From positions 62,001 through 126,000 of the IMG/VR virus record IMGVR_UViG_3300027771_001853: a stretch of 64,000 bases of DNA; one strand, given 5' to 3'. This document shows, piece after piece, positions 45,223-56,680 of this stretch; the stretch's first letter is position 1; each line of letters starts with the position of its first letter. A model generated the notes under the pieces. That model searched no databases. It saw nothing but the letters and a program-made list of their open reading frames with translations, and was not told the origin of the DNA. A program made the translations under genes and the position numbers.

Positions 45223-47547
45223 TTAACTATTACTTATTTTTGTCCCACCGGTTATCATAAACCCTACATTATCTTTTATTTGTTGTATATCAATAAGTAC
45301 GTTCGGCCTTACCCACGGTATGTTAGTAAAACCAGGTAACCCACCACCATATTGTTTGTAGTAATCATTTTCCACAAATGTGGTAAATGAAACATTTGTT
45401 GTAGCTGAATTTACCGTAGACGTATCTATTATTTGGTTTGTCCTACTTAAACCCTCCAAATCTTTTTCGGTTATGAACGTATTTTTAGTATAGGAAGAAT
45501 TATCTACAATCATATTACTTTGTGACCCAGACAAATAGAAATCGTACCACGTGTTATCTGGTCCCATATTCATACCCCAAATACCAACTCTTTGGTTTCC
45601 TAAGAATTTTAGTAATTCTGTCCCTTTGGCGTAACTTGGAGCGTTATTAGATGTACCTGTCCAACTAGTAGGGTTTAATAAATTGAATTGGATATCGTAT
45701 GCTGTTTGGTAACTAGGGTCACCACTTAATAAACCACAAGTAGCCCCACTTTGTATGTTATTAGTATCACCTAATGTATCTGTCATTCTTATTTTAAACT
45801 TCTCCCCATATTGACCATATCTTTCAGCCCTAAGTCTAATACATCCATGGTCACGTAATGAATAGTACCTATTAACGTTACCGGTTACCGCGGTAACACC
45901 ACCATTTATTGGTGTATTTTCATATTTTTGACTTAGTAATACGTCGTTGAATAGTTGGTTATTGTCACTAAAGCTAGTAACAGAACCATACTCGTGTCTG
46001 TCCCTTACATTATAGTAAACAACAGCACCTCCTGGAAATACTTGTTCGGTAGAACTTAATGTTGTATCAGCTGATAAACTATTTAAACCAAAAGTTAAAT
46101 CATATGTTACCCCTTTTACCCCATAGTACCCAGCATCGTCAGTAAATTGAGCTAAAACTATACCCATAGGGTTTAGGGGTGTTCTTGCGAATGGTATGTC
46201 GGATATTGTAGTTTCAAATACGTAATTATTGTACCCACAAGGTGTCACTAACATACTACTATTTGAATATCCGGCTGTTGCTCCCTCAGTACCTTTTTTC
46301 ATAATTCCTGAATTTGCTGTAGCTCCTTTATATTGTAGATAATCTTTTGCTCTAGTACACCCACTAGTCCAGGTATCACCCATAGTAACACCTGAGATGG
46401 TAAAGTAGTTTTCGTTATCAATAGTAGCTGGCATCCAATCTTGTGTGGTGTATTGGTATTGCGATGTTGGGTTCCCTGCTGTTCTTTGGTTTTGTCTAGG
46501 GTCTAGAGTGAACCAAGCACAGTCTGATGGTTGAGTCTCGTCGACCACATATATTTTATTATTAAAAGTATTAAGAAAGAAACAACCTTTATCTTCTATA
46601 GATAATGTGACACCAGATAACGAATATAGTGGTGTGTTAGGTACTATAGCTGTATTTGGTATTCCCCCTTCTAAAACCGATACGTGATGTGCTCCTCTGT
46701 ACCAATTCTTACTCCTATCCGTCGTCCTTAAACTAGTATCACCAGTATAGAACCACATTTGTGGGTTTGACGTATCTAATATAGCACCGTTATTTTGTAA
46801 ACCAGTTAAGTGTTTTTTTCCTCGTATCTCTATTATCCCTGGTCTATAGTGTGTTACTGGAAACCAGTTTTTAAGGTTAGCTTCCAAACCAAAACTTATA
46901 CCTACAGGGTTAGTCCCCGCACTATAACTGGAATCATAAAATGTTGTTTCACCTGTAACCCCACAATATAATGTATTATCCACATAAAAAGTAGGGTTAT
47001 TATCGTCCACACCCACCACGGAATAAATAGCGTTATCTATATTATTAAAAGTGTGTATTTCTTCCCCAGCTATACCGTCAAAAATCTCATCCAAGTCACC
47101 ATCTTTATACAAAAGATATTTGTAGATACCCGAACTTTCTGGTTTAGTAAAAGAATTAACAGTAATATTGCACTTTGTGTTTGCTGTTAATAAACAGTCT
47201 TGTGATGATAGTGTTGCACCTATACTTAAATCTGTGGTTCCTGAAATAACAACAATCACACTACCGGATAGTGAATTATTATCCACACACAGACCAGTAT
47301 AACTCCCAGCGGTTAAATTACCTAAACTGTTACCTGTATAAGTGGTCCCTGCTGCGTTATTAGCCCAAGTTATTGTGTATGGTGGGGTACCCCCAGATAC
47401 CACTATACCAGTTATACTACCATTGGACTTATCGTTTGGTGTATTATTGTAACTATAATTGGTAAAGAAGGGGTTACCGTATGTTTGGTACCAAAACCTT
47501 CCCCCGAATGAAGATGGGTTTGGACTATTTTCTATTGACCTCGACAT
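45223..47547 (-). CDS. virion structural protein with SprB-like/Ig-like N-terminal repeat
   Basis: NGSIT..VSGGTPPYTITW...LGNLTAGSY.. resembles SprB repeats of Bacteroidota adhesins. Confidence 0.6.
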   Translation of the reverse strand: MSRSIENSPNPSSFGGRFWYQTYGNPFFTNYSYNNTPNDKSNGSITGIVVSGGTPPYTITWANNAAGTTYTGNSLGNLTAGSYTGLCVDNNSLSGSVIVVISGTTDLSIGATLSSQDCLLTANTKCNITVNSFTKPESSGIYKYLLYKDGDLDEIFDGIAGEEIHTFNNIDNAIYSVVGVDDNNPTFYVDNTLYCGVTGETTFYDSSYSAGTNPVGISFGLEANLKNWFPVTHYRPGIIEIRGKKHLTGLQNNGAILDTSNPQMWFYTGDTSLRTTDRSKNWYRGAHHVSVLEGGIPNTAIVPNTPLYSLSGVTLSIEDKGCFFLNTFNNKIYVVDETQPSDCAWFTLDPRQNQRTAGNPTSQYQYTTQDWMPATIDNENYFTISGVTMGDTWTSGCTRAKDYLQYKGATANSGIMKKGTEGATAGYSNSSMLVTPCGYNNYVFETTISDIPFARTPLNPMGIVLAQFTDDAGYYGVKGVTYDLTFGLNSLSADTTLSSTEQVFPGGAVVYYNVRDRHEYGSVTSFSDNNQLFNDVLLSQKYENTPINGGVTAVTGNVNRYYSLRDHGCIRLRAERYGQYGEKFKIRMTDTLGDTNNIQSGATCGLLSGDPSYQTAYDIQFNLLNPTSWTGTSNNAPSYAKGTELLKFLGNQRVGIWGMNMGPDNTWYDFYLSGSQSNMIVDNSSYTKNTFITEKDLEGLSRTNQIIDTSTVNSATTNVSFTTFVENDYYKQYGGGLPGFTNIPWVRPNVLIDIQQIKDNVGFMITGGTKISNS

Positions 47548-47551
47548 TTCT

Positions 47552-50500
47552 CTATCTTAATTTTTTTCTATCCCCTATTATAGGCGTGTTATTGGGTGTA
47601 TTTAAATTATACGATGTACTACTAATTTTAGCTCTTTTGCCATCTATAATAATACCTTCCGAACTTAAGTATACCCTCTTATCACAATCTTGTGAAGGTT
47701 GGGCTACGGTAACTGTTTTATTAAAATCACCTTTTAATCTTTGTTGTACATTAACTGTATAATCATCTCTTTCTGTGAAGTCATTTTCCGATGGATTTAT
47801 AACAATAAAGTGGTCAAACATGGATTGTTTAAACATTTTACTTCTAAATGTGGTCTTTATAACATAAGAATTATCTACACTAGGGAACACACTCCTTTCT
47901 GTTGTTTGTGCCCTATTTTGGTACGGTAAATTCCATCTTAGTTTTAACCCTTCCCACTCTATGGACTTATCAGTGTTTATATAGTAATCAGTTATTTTTG
48001 GTGTGTTCTTTTTATATTCATTAGATAAGGTATATGACCATAAATTTGTAGCTCTACCTGGTTGTTTTTCTAATACCATAGGACCATTATACCCCTTACT
48101 TGGTATATCTAAGAAAGTCTGATTATTGAAGTTTCTAGGTGTTATAGAAATAAACCCATTAGGGTTAACATAATCTGATTTTACTTCAGAAGTGTTTATG
48201 TACAATTTACCCACTGTAGCTAGGTCTTTTTGTTCACCACTAGGTAGGTTGATGATGTTAGGTTTATTTTTTTCGTCTTTTTTCCATGTAAATTCTTTAT
48301 TGATTGTAGGTAAATCGTAAGGTCTTCTAGTAATCCTAACCCACGGAGAAGAACTATCTTCGGCGTTTGTTGGTTCTTTTCTACCTAAATTAACTTTAAA
48401 TGCACATGTTTTTGTTGACCCAGTATCTTTTGGATTAGATGACCAATACGCTTCATATTTTAATCTTATTACGTCAGTATCACCACTTAATAAAATAGGT
48501 CCAGTATCTAAATTAACATCAAAAGATTTATGTAGTATTTCAGATGTAGAACCAGAACAACTCATAGTGTTAATATCCTTATCGGTTTCTATTAAATCAT
48601 AAGTTAAGTAGTCATCCGCCCTTGAACGTACCAACTCACTTGTAGTTAGAGTGTATTCTGTTAACGTAGTTTCGGACTGTCCACTTTGATTGGTTAAATA
48701 AATTCTAAAATAGAAATCATTAATACCACCCGTGTTATACCCAGTAGCTGGATTACTTCTCCAGTATGGTTTGATGTTGGTATATTTGTCAGCTATAGTA
48801 CCCTCAAGATTATTAACTAATGTTTTAGGGTCTATCTCAATTGTTGGTGATTGTAGAACTCTCCCACCTTTTAATATTATTGCTGAATTTATTAGTTCTT
48901 TGTATTCGTAATTGTTCGATGGGTACGAATAGTCTAATTCTTCTTTTTTATAGAATCTATTAACATAGTCACACCAAGAATTATCTTCATATATTACATC
49001 TAAAACCGCTTTAAATTGTATTCTATATTTCCCATCCCTAGTAGGTGCGTACACAATACCACCTTCTTGTGTGTTTATTTCTGTCGGTCCACCATTACAA
49101 CCCAAAGACTCTGGTAATATAGCAGCTCTAATTTTACTATCGTCTATCCCTATTAAATGTGAATCTAATGGTGATTTATTACTTAAAGGTATTAATGTGG
49201 TCCCTGTAAATGCACTATAATTAAAATACAAATCAAACATTTGTGTGGTTTCAGTCCCAGATAAACTATAATCCGTATAACCAGTATAGGATTGGGTAAA
49301 CCCAGATTTATCCGCTGTAAATTGTGGCCAACTAGACCAAGTGGTCCCAACAATTTCTGTTGCTGGGTCATTAATTGGTACATAGTAAGCGTGTCCCTGT
49401 TCTTCTAGAGAATAAAAAGAATCTGGTCTAATTGTAATACCACTAAAACTACCATCAGGTGCTGTATGGATAGTACTATTACTAAACCATGGGTTACCCA
49501 CACTTCTTTGTGCCCATTGTAAAACTGACTCCCACTTAATTGGGTATTCTTTAGATTGCATGAATAGGTTATACGACTCTATTCCAGCTATTTGTTGTTC
49601 TTTTAATGATTTTTCAAAATCCTCTCTTTGGTTAACACTTGGGAAGTTTATAAATTGAGCGTTGTCTTCGTTTTGTATTTCTTTCCTCCAACCTACTTGG
49701 TATTCCGTATTGTCATTATGGGTAAACGTTTGGAATTCTGCCCCACCAAAATGAGTTCTAATGTCAGGGTTATTATATTTTAAATCTTTTAAACCGCTAT
49801 TAAGACTCTTACTATTCATTATAATATAAGGTTCTGACCTAAAAATCTCATAAGCGTTATCAGGGTATAAAGGCATTTTATCCTCTAAAAAAGCACCATA
49901 GTCAAATTCAAATGTCCCACCTTCACTTAGAGCTACACCTAAAGGTTCTGAAGGTTCAAAAACTTGTGGAAGATAAGACTGTAAAGTTCTGGATATTGCA
50001 GGTTCACCACCTCCTTGTGGACATGGTTTAGTTGGTACTAACCCATCTAACTCTCCTTGTGTCGTAACCATGGCATCGAAGTTATCGTGAACAACAAAAA
50101 CCAAATTACCATAATTGGTTTGTACCGTATCCCTTCTACAATAACTCTGGAACTGTGTGGACCAGCATTCAGAATAACCAAGACCCACAAGTGGGTTTAA
50201 ATCATACCCAGCTCCGTTTTGACCGAGTGGGTTATTAATGTTAGGTGGTTCAGATACCGAACTATTACCGTCCCATAGAACACCACTAGTGTATGGACCA
50301 CCTACAGCTAACCCCTGATACATATGTGAAATCGAGGCACCTTCCGATGAAGTTAGGTTACCGTCATTACAATGGAATATTTCATAAGCCGCACCTTGCA
50401 TATAACCACCCATACCATGCCACCCACTATACCAATGAGATGTAGTCATGTGGTCTCCAGCCATTCCAATTTGGGATGGTGGTGAGGATATATCATTAGA

Positions 50501-53500
50501 CAGACCAAATAACCCGTAAAGACCCTCCATCATTGGTGCTGTCTGGTATAGGTCAGTAGATGAATCACAAACACCTAATCTTATAGGTATTTTATTACCT
50601 AACACCACATTAGTCGCTCCTCCACTAGCGTGGGTTTGCCAGAATGACGCTGTAAGAAAATTCCTTACACTCATCTCTTTAATTGCTGAATCATCCACTA
50701 ACATCCATAGTTGATTACTTATGTGTGTAGGGTGGGTAAACATTAAATTATTACTAAATAAATCTGCAGCTGTTTGTCCATATGCTGTAGCAGGTGATTG
50801 TGACCCTAGTAACCATAATTCTATAATTGTGTTTTCATCAGTTTTTAGTTTTCCAGCAATTTCTGCTACTATTCCTGGTGGTCCAAAGGCTGCTGTTTCG
50901 TATGAATACGAACTAGTTTTAAACTGCAACATATTAGTTAAACAACATAACGTAATTTTTGCACAAGCAGCTTCACCAACATTATACCCATGTATAGGGT
51001 ACCTTTGGTCTTGTACCGATAAAGAAGTATTAGATGCTAGGGGTCCGAACCAAGGCATGTTAATAATTTCATCAGGAACTAATGATGGGTCAACCCTAGT
51101 AAACGCAACATCCACTAATCCGGTATTATCTGGGGTCGCTGCCCCTATTGTTGCGTCACATTCACAACTTCCTCCACCTCCATTTGTTGTGGTTTGTGTT
51201 ACCGTATCAAAATCACAAGGATTAAATAGGGCTCTAGGAGCCACTTGTGAGATTATACCACTATGTCCTTTGTTAGGACCGGTTGGGGGTACGGGACCAT
51301 CTTCACTTTCATAACCTCCTGCCCTTTGTTCTGTACACACAGCAATATCAAATTTGGTACATAATGTCATACAATTAGAGGCAAACTCTGCTGCGGCAAC
51401 ACTATCACAAAATCCTTGTCCGTCTGTTTGGTGTATTTCAAAACCATTTGGGTAGGCCAGACATGGAGCAGGACAAGCAGGACCTGGGGATGAAGCAATT
51501 GCGAAGGTTCCTGGTGAACTAGAGTATGGTGTTATGTTCCCCCATAAGGTAAATGGATGTCCTGCTCCTCCATGGGTACATGTATTAATAAATGAAATAC
51601 TAGTATCTCCAGTCCAACAAGACACACAGTCACCAGGAGAAAAAGGGGTATGAGCTAGATTGTAATCACCTATACCAGTGGATACTTGATATTCCCATTG
51701 GGTTTGAGCTGGTAAACATTCACAAGGGTCCATTAGTTGAGCACAAGGATAATACTCCTGATAACAAGCTTTACCACCTAAATTAAATATACCATCCTTA
51801 AATATTTCTGGACTTGTTGTTGCTGATGTTGTACCGGTAACTGGTGGGTTTTCTGGTATAAATGTAGCGTCATTACAATCAGCACCTTTCCAAAGATTAT
51901 TACCCCCATCAAAAGGTAATTGGTAATTAGTGGTACTACCTGAACATGGCATGTGTAACCAGTGGTTAGCTAACAATTGGGTTATTTCACTTGGATTATA
52001 GAGTATGTAGTTAACATTTGTCTGTAGTTGGTAACACCCATACCCCTCTACAGTAACTAAGGTATTAACCCCTTGTTGTTGTATATCTTGCCAATAACCC
52101 AAGTTCCACATAGCAATAAGATTTGCTGGTGTTTGTGTCACACTGAGTCCTATATTCCCCAATGGAGAAAAGTACCCACCTTGGACTGTATCACATGGGC
52201 ACACCGTATTACCAGTAAGAATGTCTTCCATCCCACCACAACCAGCATGGAAAGTCTCACAACAAACACCACTGTACACTATCGAGGTTGCTGTCATTGC
52301 TCCTGAAAAAGATACAGTGTTTTGGTCGTATGAAAGGGTCATTCCACTAACAAATAAAGTGGTGTCATGTCCCCACATACTACCGTATTGGTTTGTTAGT
52401 AGATTTGGTCTATGTGTACCGTCAGTACAACTCCAAGTGGTAGCACTTTGTATAAAGGTATTTCCGGTAATTCCTGACCAACTGGTGGTCGCTGAATAAG
52501 CACTGGTACCACCAGTACAACCAGCAAACCCCCAATCCACACAATAATGAACCGTACCTTGTGTCATTCCTGTTCCTGGACAATTCCAACATGTCGAGAG
52601 TCCTCCCCCGTCTATTATTGACGGTGGTGGGAATAATGAACTTGGACCACTTATTAAATCATGACCACTCACAAAGTTATATGTTGGTGTATTACCAGTT
52701 GTTAGTGTGAAATGGTATACCGCCGTATACGCTGAAGTCATACCTGTTGTAGACCAATCAGTTTCAAAAAGTGACTGGTAACTATTGTAAGTGTGAGGGT
52801 CAGAACCATTATTAAAATTCCACAAATCTTCACCTGCTTCACTACAAGGACCTTGTATTAAAATAGCGTCTGGATTATTCAAATAAATGTCCGGTGTACC
52901 ATCTCCATTAATATCTATAGTATTATCGGTTGTATTATCCACAACGTAATAGGTAAGCCCTGAATTAGGGTCTGCTGTATTACCTTGGATACCGGCTAAC
53001 ATACCTGTCATCGCACTAAACCAAAAGCTGGTTTGTGGTGGGTCAGTACACCCAGTACTAGTATAATACACATCACTAGTATAACTTTGACCATTTATTT
53101 CTATATTAGCAGTCCAGTTTGTATGACCTGTACTAGCAGAAAATGTATCTTCACAATTATAACAATGATTAGCTAATGTATCGTATAATGGTGGTCTTGC
53201 ACAATCAATATAAGAACCTAAACATGGTACATCATCACATACAGGTTCGTGTTTATAAGGGAATTTATACCTATGAAAAATAGAATTTTCAAATCTTACA
53301 CCACCTTGCCAAATAGTTGTAGCTGGTATGAATTGTTCCATTAATCTTATCCAGTAATCACCAATCTTACTAGTGTAGTCTATCATTTTTTGGTAGGTAT
53401 ATTTACTACTATCAACCCCACACGTTACCAAATAATTGTTTATATAATCGTCATAAACATTTTGTAAAGTAGGGTAACCCCCACCTTTCGCGTCATCTAT

Positions 53501-55771
53501 AGTTAAACGATTCTTAACATTTATTAAAACCTTATAGAATTGTGACGCAAATTCAAAGAAACTCATTGTGGAAGCGTTTATCTTAATTTCGGTATTATCT
53601 ACCCCACCTAAACTTGGATATGGTGGGGAAACTAACGCTTTAAGACCAAACGGACACCCATATTTCCTTGAGTGGTTCCAAACGTCCCACTCCAATCCTT
53701 GACCTACATTCATGAATAGTTCCACATTCTTAACATTCATAACTAATCTTTCATCGTCTGTAAAATATTTTGTGCCTCTATCTCTTAGACTGTAGTATCT
53801 TCTTTGGAATGTGTCGTTTTCTTCTACCCATGATTTTTTATTATCGACAGTTCTTGTTATGTCGAACCCATCCATCATAGATGGGAATCTTCTAAATCTA
53901 TTTAAATAAGGTTCACCATAAGTAAAAGCGTTTAATTTAGTTTTAACTGTTGGGCTATTCCCAGTAAAAACAGATTTACTGAAATCAGTTACCCTTCTAC
54001 CTCTATGTTCTAAAGTTTGTTCAAACCATCCTGCCCCAGCTTGGAACCAACTGTCGGTACCAACTTGTGGGACAATTGGGAATCCTTGGTCATTTACGGG
54101 GAAATCTCTTCTAGCATAAGGAATATCAGACACTAATGATTTCGTACCAAAAGTATAACCACTTATAGTTGTAGGTATGTAAGGTGCTGTGGTACTAGGT
54201 TGTGTAGCCGTAAACCCAGTTATTCTTACTGGTATTTCTTGCACATAGGTACCACCGGACATTTTCCCCCATGTGGTATTAAAATTCTTCATGTTAATAC
54301 GTTGACCAGCAACATACACATGTTCGTTAAATTCTATTAGTGCTTCGGGAGCACCAATAAACCTTAACATAAATTCTATAGCTTTCCTTGTACCTTTTGA
54401 TTTAAATAGATAGGCTGTATTTAGAATTAATCTTCTATACAAGTCCACATCTAACTCTGCTGGTGTTTTATTACTTACCTCACCACTATATAAAGACTCT
54501 TCTTTTTTCGCTTCTAAGCCAAAAACCGAATCTAAAAAACTATCTTCACTAATAGCTGATGGTGTTTTCCACCCAATAACTTGAGCTAGATTTTTTAATA
54601 AAGCGTCTGGTACATTATCTTGTTTACTATAACTAACATTATTCATGTAAGCTAAACCTTCTATATATTTTTTAACCTCATCAAAACTTCTACCATAAAT
54701 CTGTAAAACTTTTTCTACCTTGTGTTCTGGGGTATCAAATTCTTTTAAGGCTGCAGTAGTTAGGAATCTAGAAATAAGGTTAGTTTTTTCTCTATCCAAT
54801 GCGTCACCAATATCATATAACGAAGTCAAATAAGCCCCAAAAGTAGCTCCTGATATCATAATATTCCAATCGTCTTGCATAGGCCATGTTACTAACTCGG
54901 TAGCCCCAAAGACTTCACCATCTTCCGTTGTTTTCTTTATCTGGAATGTCGAGGTGTATTTTGGGACCGTACTCCTACTTAAAAGATACTGTTCTACATC
55001 AGACATAGAATTGAATATCTCTTCTATTCTAGTTTCTGATAGTTTTACTTGGTAATCCAATAAGGTTGTCCCTGTAATACTACTAGCCCCACTAAATGGG
55101 TTACCTTGGACTATAAAACTTAGTCTACTGTCTGTGGAAGCTGTCGGTGGTGCGTATGACAGTACTGGGTAATTGTTACCTTGTACAGATATGACATAAT
55201 CAGTGAATTTTTTAGTTAAATTACGATATTCACTTGTTCTATTATCACTAGTAGGTAGATTACCTTTTGTCGTAAACTCAATATTAAATGGGTTATTTAA
55301 TCTTGATGACCCAACACTAAAAGTAGCCTCATTCACATTAGGGTCGTAAGTATAACCACTACTAGTATTACCACTAAGTAAATTAAGACCCACTCTATTA
55401 ACGTGTATCACAGCTGGGAAATTTCTTATGACATTAAGAACGGAAACCCTGAATTTTTCTTTTAGGGACCCGAATTGGGTAAAGTTAGTAATCTTGGACC
55501 TATCGTAATTTACAAATACTTCTAATCTATTAGAAACTAATTTTAATGATTCTTCTACCGATTCTATATTAAGACTACTTAACGTGATTGGTTCAGAAAA
55601 ACTACCTAAATCGAAATCTCTATCATCTTTAGTGGGTACAGAATCAGTAACAGCGAAATTACCCAAAGTGAATTGGGGTGTTCCTGTCACATATTGATTA
55701 CCTACTAGATAATCACTGAATGTCCCTGCTCCATTACCAGGTCTTAATTTGTTGTTCTCTCCGTTAGCCAT
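47552..55771 (-). CDS. giant (2739 aa) baseplate wedge-like protein with Cys-rich central insertion
   Basis: VPDALLKNLAQVIGW and LILNTAYLFKSKGTRKAIEFMLRFIG (P2 gpI/T4 gp7-like KGT motif), EQFIPATT; Cys-rich low-complexity middle. Confidence 0.7.
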   Translation of the reverse strand: MANGENNKLRPGNGAGTFSDYLVGNQYVTGTPQFTLGNFAVTDSVPTKDDRDFDLGSFSEPITLSSLNIESVEESLKLVSNRLEVFVNYDRSKITNFTQFGSLKEKFRVSVLNVIRNFPAVIHVNRVGLNLLSGNTSSGYTYDPNVNEATFSVGSSRLNNPFNIEFTTKGNLPTSDNRTSEYRNLTKKFTDYVISVQGNNYPVLSYAPPTASTDSRLSFIVQGNPFSGASSITGTTLLDYQVKLSETRIEEIFNSMSDVEQYLLSRSTVPKYTSTFQIKKTTEDGEVFGATELVTWPMQDDWNIMISGATFGAYLTSLYDIGDALDREKTNLISRFLTTAALKEFDTPEHKVEKVLQIYGRSFDEVKKYIEGLAYMNNVSYSKQDNVPDALLKNLAQVIGWKTPSAISEDSFLDSVFGLEAKKEESLYSGEVSNKTPAELDVDLYRRLILNTAYLFKSKGTRKAIEFMLRFIGAPEALIEFNEHVYVAGQRINMKNFNTTWGKMSGGTYVQEIPVRITGFTATQPSTTAPYIPTTISGYTFGTKSLVSDIPYARRDFPVNDQGFPIVPQVGTDSWFQAGAGWFEQTLEHRGRRVTDFSKSVFTGNSPTVKTKLNAFTYGEPYLNRFRRFPSMMDGFDITRTVDNKKSWVEENDTFQRRYYSLRDRGTKYFTDDERLVMNVKNVELFMNVGQGLEWDVWNHSRKYGCPFGLKALVSPPYPSLGGVDNTEIKINASTMSFFEFASQFYKVLINVKNRLTIDDAKGGGYPTLQNVYDDYINNYLVTCGVDSSKYTYQKMIDYTSKIGDYWIRLMEQFIPATTIWQGGVRFENSIFHRYKFPYKHEPVCDDVPCLGSYIDCARPPLYDTLANHCYNCEDTFSASTGHTNWTANIEINGQSYTSDVYYTSTGCTDPPQTSFWFSAMTGMLAGIQGNTADPNSGLTYYVVDNTTDNTIDINGDGTPDIYLNNPDAILIQGPCSEAGEDLWNFNNGSDPHTYNSYQSLFETDWSTTGMTSAYTAVYHFTLTTGNTPTYNFVSGHDLISGPSSLFPPPSIIDGGGLSTCWNCPGTGMTQGTVHYCVDWGFAGCTGGTSAYSATTSWSGITGNTFIQSATTWSCTDGTHRPNLLTNQYGSMWGHDTTLFVSGMTLSYDQNTVSFSGAMTATSIVYSGVCCETFHAGCGGMEDILTGNTVCPCDTVQGGYFSPLGNIGLSVTQTPANLIAMWNLGYWQDIQQQGVNTLVTVEGYGCYQLQTNVNYILYNPSEITQLLANHWLHMPCSGSTTNYQLPFDGGNNLWKGADCNDATFIPENPPVTGTTSATTSPEIFKDGIFNLGGKACYQEYYPCAQLMDPCECLPAQTQWEYQVSTGIGDYNLAHTPFSPGDCVSCWTGDTSISFINTCTHGGAGHPFTLWGNITPYSSSPGTFAIASSPGPACPAPCLAYPNGFEIHQTDGQGFCDSVAAAEFASNCMTLCTKFDIAVCTEQRAGGYESEDGPVPPTGPNKGHSGIISQVAPRALFNPCDFDTVTQTTTNGGGGSCECDATIGAATPDNTGLVDVAFTRVDPSLVPDEIINMPWFGPLASNTSLSVQDQRYPIHGYNVGEAACAKITLCCLTNMLQFKTSSYSYETAAFGPPGIVAEIAGKLKTDENTIIELWLLGSQSPATAYGQTAADLFSNNLMFTHPTHISNQLWMLVDDSAIKEMSVRNFLTASFWQTHASGGATNVVLGNKIPIRLGVCDSSTDLYQTAPMMEGLYGLFGLSNDISSPPSQIGMAGDHMTTSHWYSGWHGMGGYMQGAAYEIFHCNDGNLTSSEGASISHMYQGLAVGGPYTSGVLWDGNSSVSEPPNINNPLGQNGAGYDLNPLVGLGYSECWSTQFQSYCRRDTVQTNYGNLVFVVHDNFDAMVTTQGELDGLVPTKPCPQGGGEPAISRTLQSYLPQVFEPSEPLGVALSEGGTFEFDYGAFLEDKMPLYPDNAYEIFRSEPYIIMNSKSLNSGLKDLKYNNPDIRTHFGGAEFQTFTHNDNTEYQVGWRKEIQNEDNAQFINFPSVNQREDFEKSLKEQQIAGIESYNLFMQSKEYPIKWESVLQWAQRSVGNPWFSNSTIHTAPDGSFSGITIRPDSFYSLEEQGHAYYVPINDPATEIVGTTWSSWPQFTADKSGFTQSYTGYTDYSLSGTETTQMFDLYFNYSAFTGTTLIPLSNKSPLDSHLIGIDDSKIRAAILPESLGCNGGPTEINTQEGGIVYAPTRDGKYRIQFKAVLDVIYEDNSWCDYVNRFYKKEELDYSYPSNNYEYKELINSAIILKGGRVLQSPTIEIDPKTLVNNLEGTIADKYTNIKPYWRSNPATGYNTGGINDFYFRIYLTNQSGQSETTLTEYTLTTSELVRSRADDYLTYDLIETDKDINTMSCSGSTSEILHKSFDVNLDTGPILLSGDTDVIRLKYEAYWSSNPKDTGSTKTCAFKVNLGRKEPTNAEDSSSPWVRITRRPYDLPTINKEFTWKKDEKNKPNIINLPSGEQKDLATVGKLYINTSEVKSDYVNPNGFISITPRNFNNQTFLDIPSKGYNGPMVLEKQPGRATNLWSYTLSNEYKKNTPKITDYYINTDKSIEWEGLKLRWNLPYQNRAQTTERSVFPSVDNSYVIKTTFRSKMFKQSMFDHFIVINPSENDFTERDDYTVNVQQRLKGDFNKTVTVAQPSQDCDKRVYLSSEGIIIDGKRAKISSTSYNLNTPNNTPIIGDRKKLR

Positions 55772-55774
55772 ATA

Positions 55775-56680
55775 CTATACAATATTATTGAAAGCTTTAC
55801 TAAAATCTATATTATCTCCCCTATCTTGACGTACTTCATACAATGAATTACCAAACTCATCTCTTTGTTCGAATAAATTATATTGTTTAAATATATTATT
55901 ATCTTTATCGTATAAAGTGTATATTCCGTCAGTAATAGATTTTGTTTGATTACCATATAATGCTATAGCTAAACTATCTAAATCGTAATCAACCATTTCT
56001 ATTTCCATACACACAGGATTAAATTGAGTGTTACTTAATATAACTTCTTGATTTGGGTGTCCTATATATGGTAATGCGTGAGGTTTATTTGTTGGTGCTG
56101 TGGTGGGTGTTAGTGTACAGAATAATAAATTACTTCCACCGTTTACGTATCTATACCTAATAGCTTTTTGGTTACTATTAGTCATGTTTTGTGTTATTGG
56201 TTCACAGAAAAAATTAGATGTAACTATTCTATATAAATTAGGTATTTTAGTACCGTCAGCATTTAAATATTCTATTCTAAAACCTACAAGACCATTATTA
56301 ACAAATTTATTTCTATACTCTGGTGGCACATTATTAATATCAAATATAACACCCTTTACGTTAGGTAGTGAGGATAGTACACCACAATCCGCTAATGGTG
56401 TTCTTATTTCAGCTGGTTTAATATACAGAGTGTATATCCCTTTATCTTTAAATTGGGTTGCTGGTAATTGTAGATTGTATAACCCACCCAATAATTCTAT
56501 ATTAGGGTTACCACCCGTAGTGGTATTATGATAATATGGTGTTAAAATAGATGAAGCGTCCAATTTTCTTATAACTGGTACTTCGGTAGCGTCTCTCGAT
56601 GAGGTGTATACCATTAATATATCAACGTCGTCTGGTGATACATCTGAAGGTCTTTTAATTCCGTATGTTCCTAATGCCAT
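55775..56680 (-). CDS. structural-module protein
   Basis: 301 aa globular ORF coupled to both neighbours. Confidence 0.7.
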   Translation of the reverse strand: MALGTYGIKRPSDVSPDDVDILMVYTSSRDATEVPVIRKLDASSILTPYYHNTTTGGNPNIELLGGLYNLQLPATQFKDKGIYTLYIKPAEIRTPLADCGVLSSLPNVKGVIFDINNVPPEYRNKFVNNGLVGFRIEYLNADGTKIPNLYRIVTSNFFCEPITQNMTNSNQKAIRYRYVNGGSNLLFCTLTPTTAPTNKPHALPYIGHPNQEVILSNTQFNPVCMEIEMVDYDLDSLAIALYGNQTKSITDGIYTLYDKDNNIFKQYNLFEQRDEFGNSLYEVRQDRGDNIDFSKAFNNIV

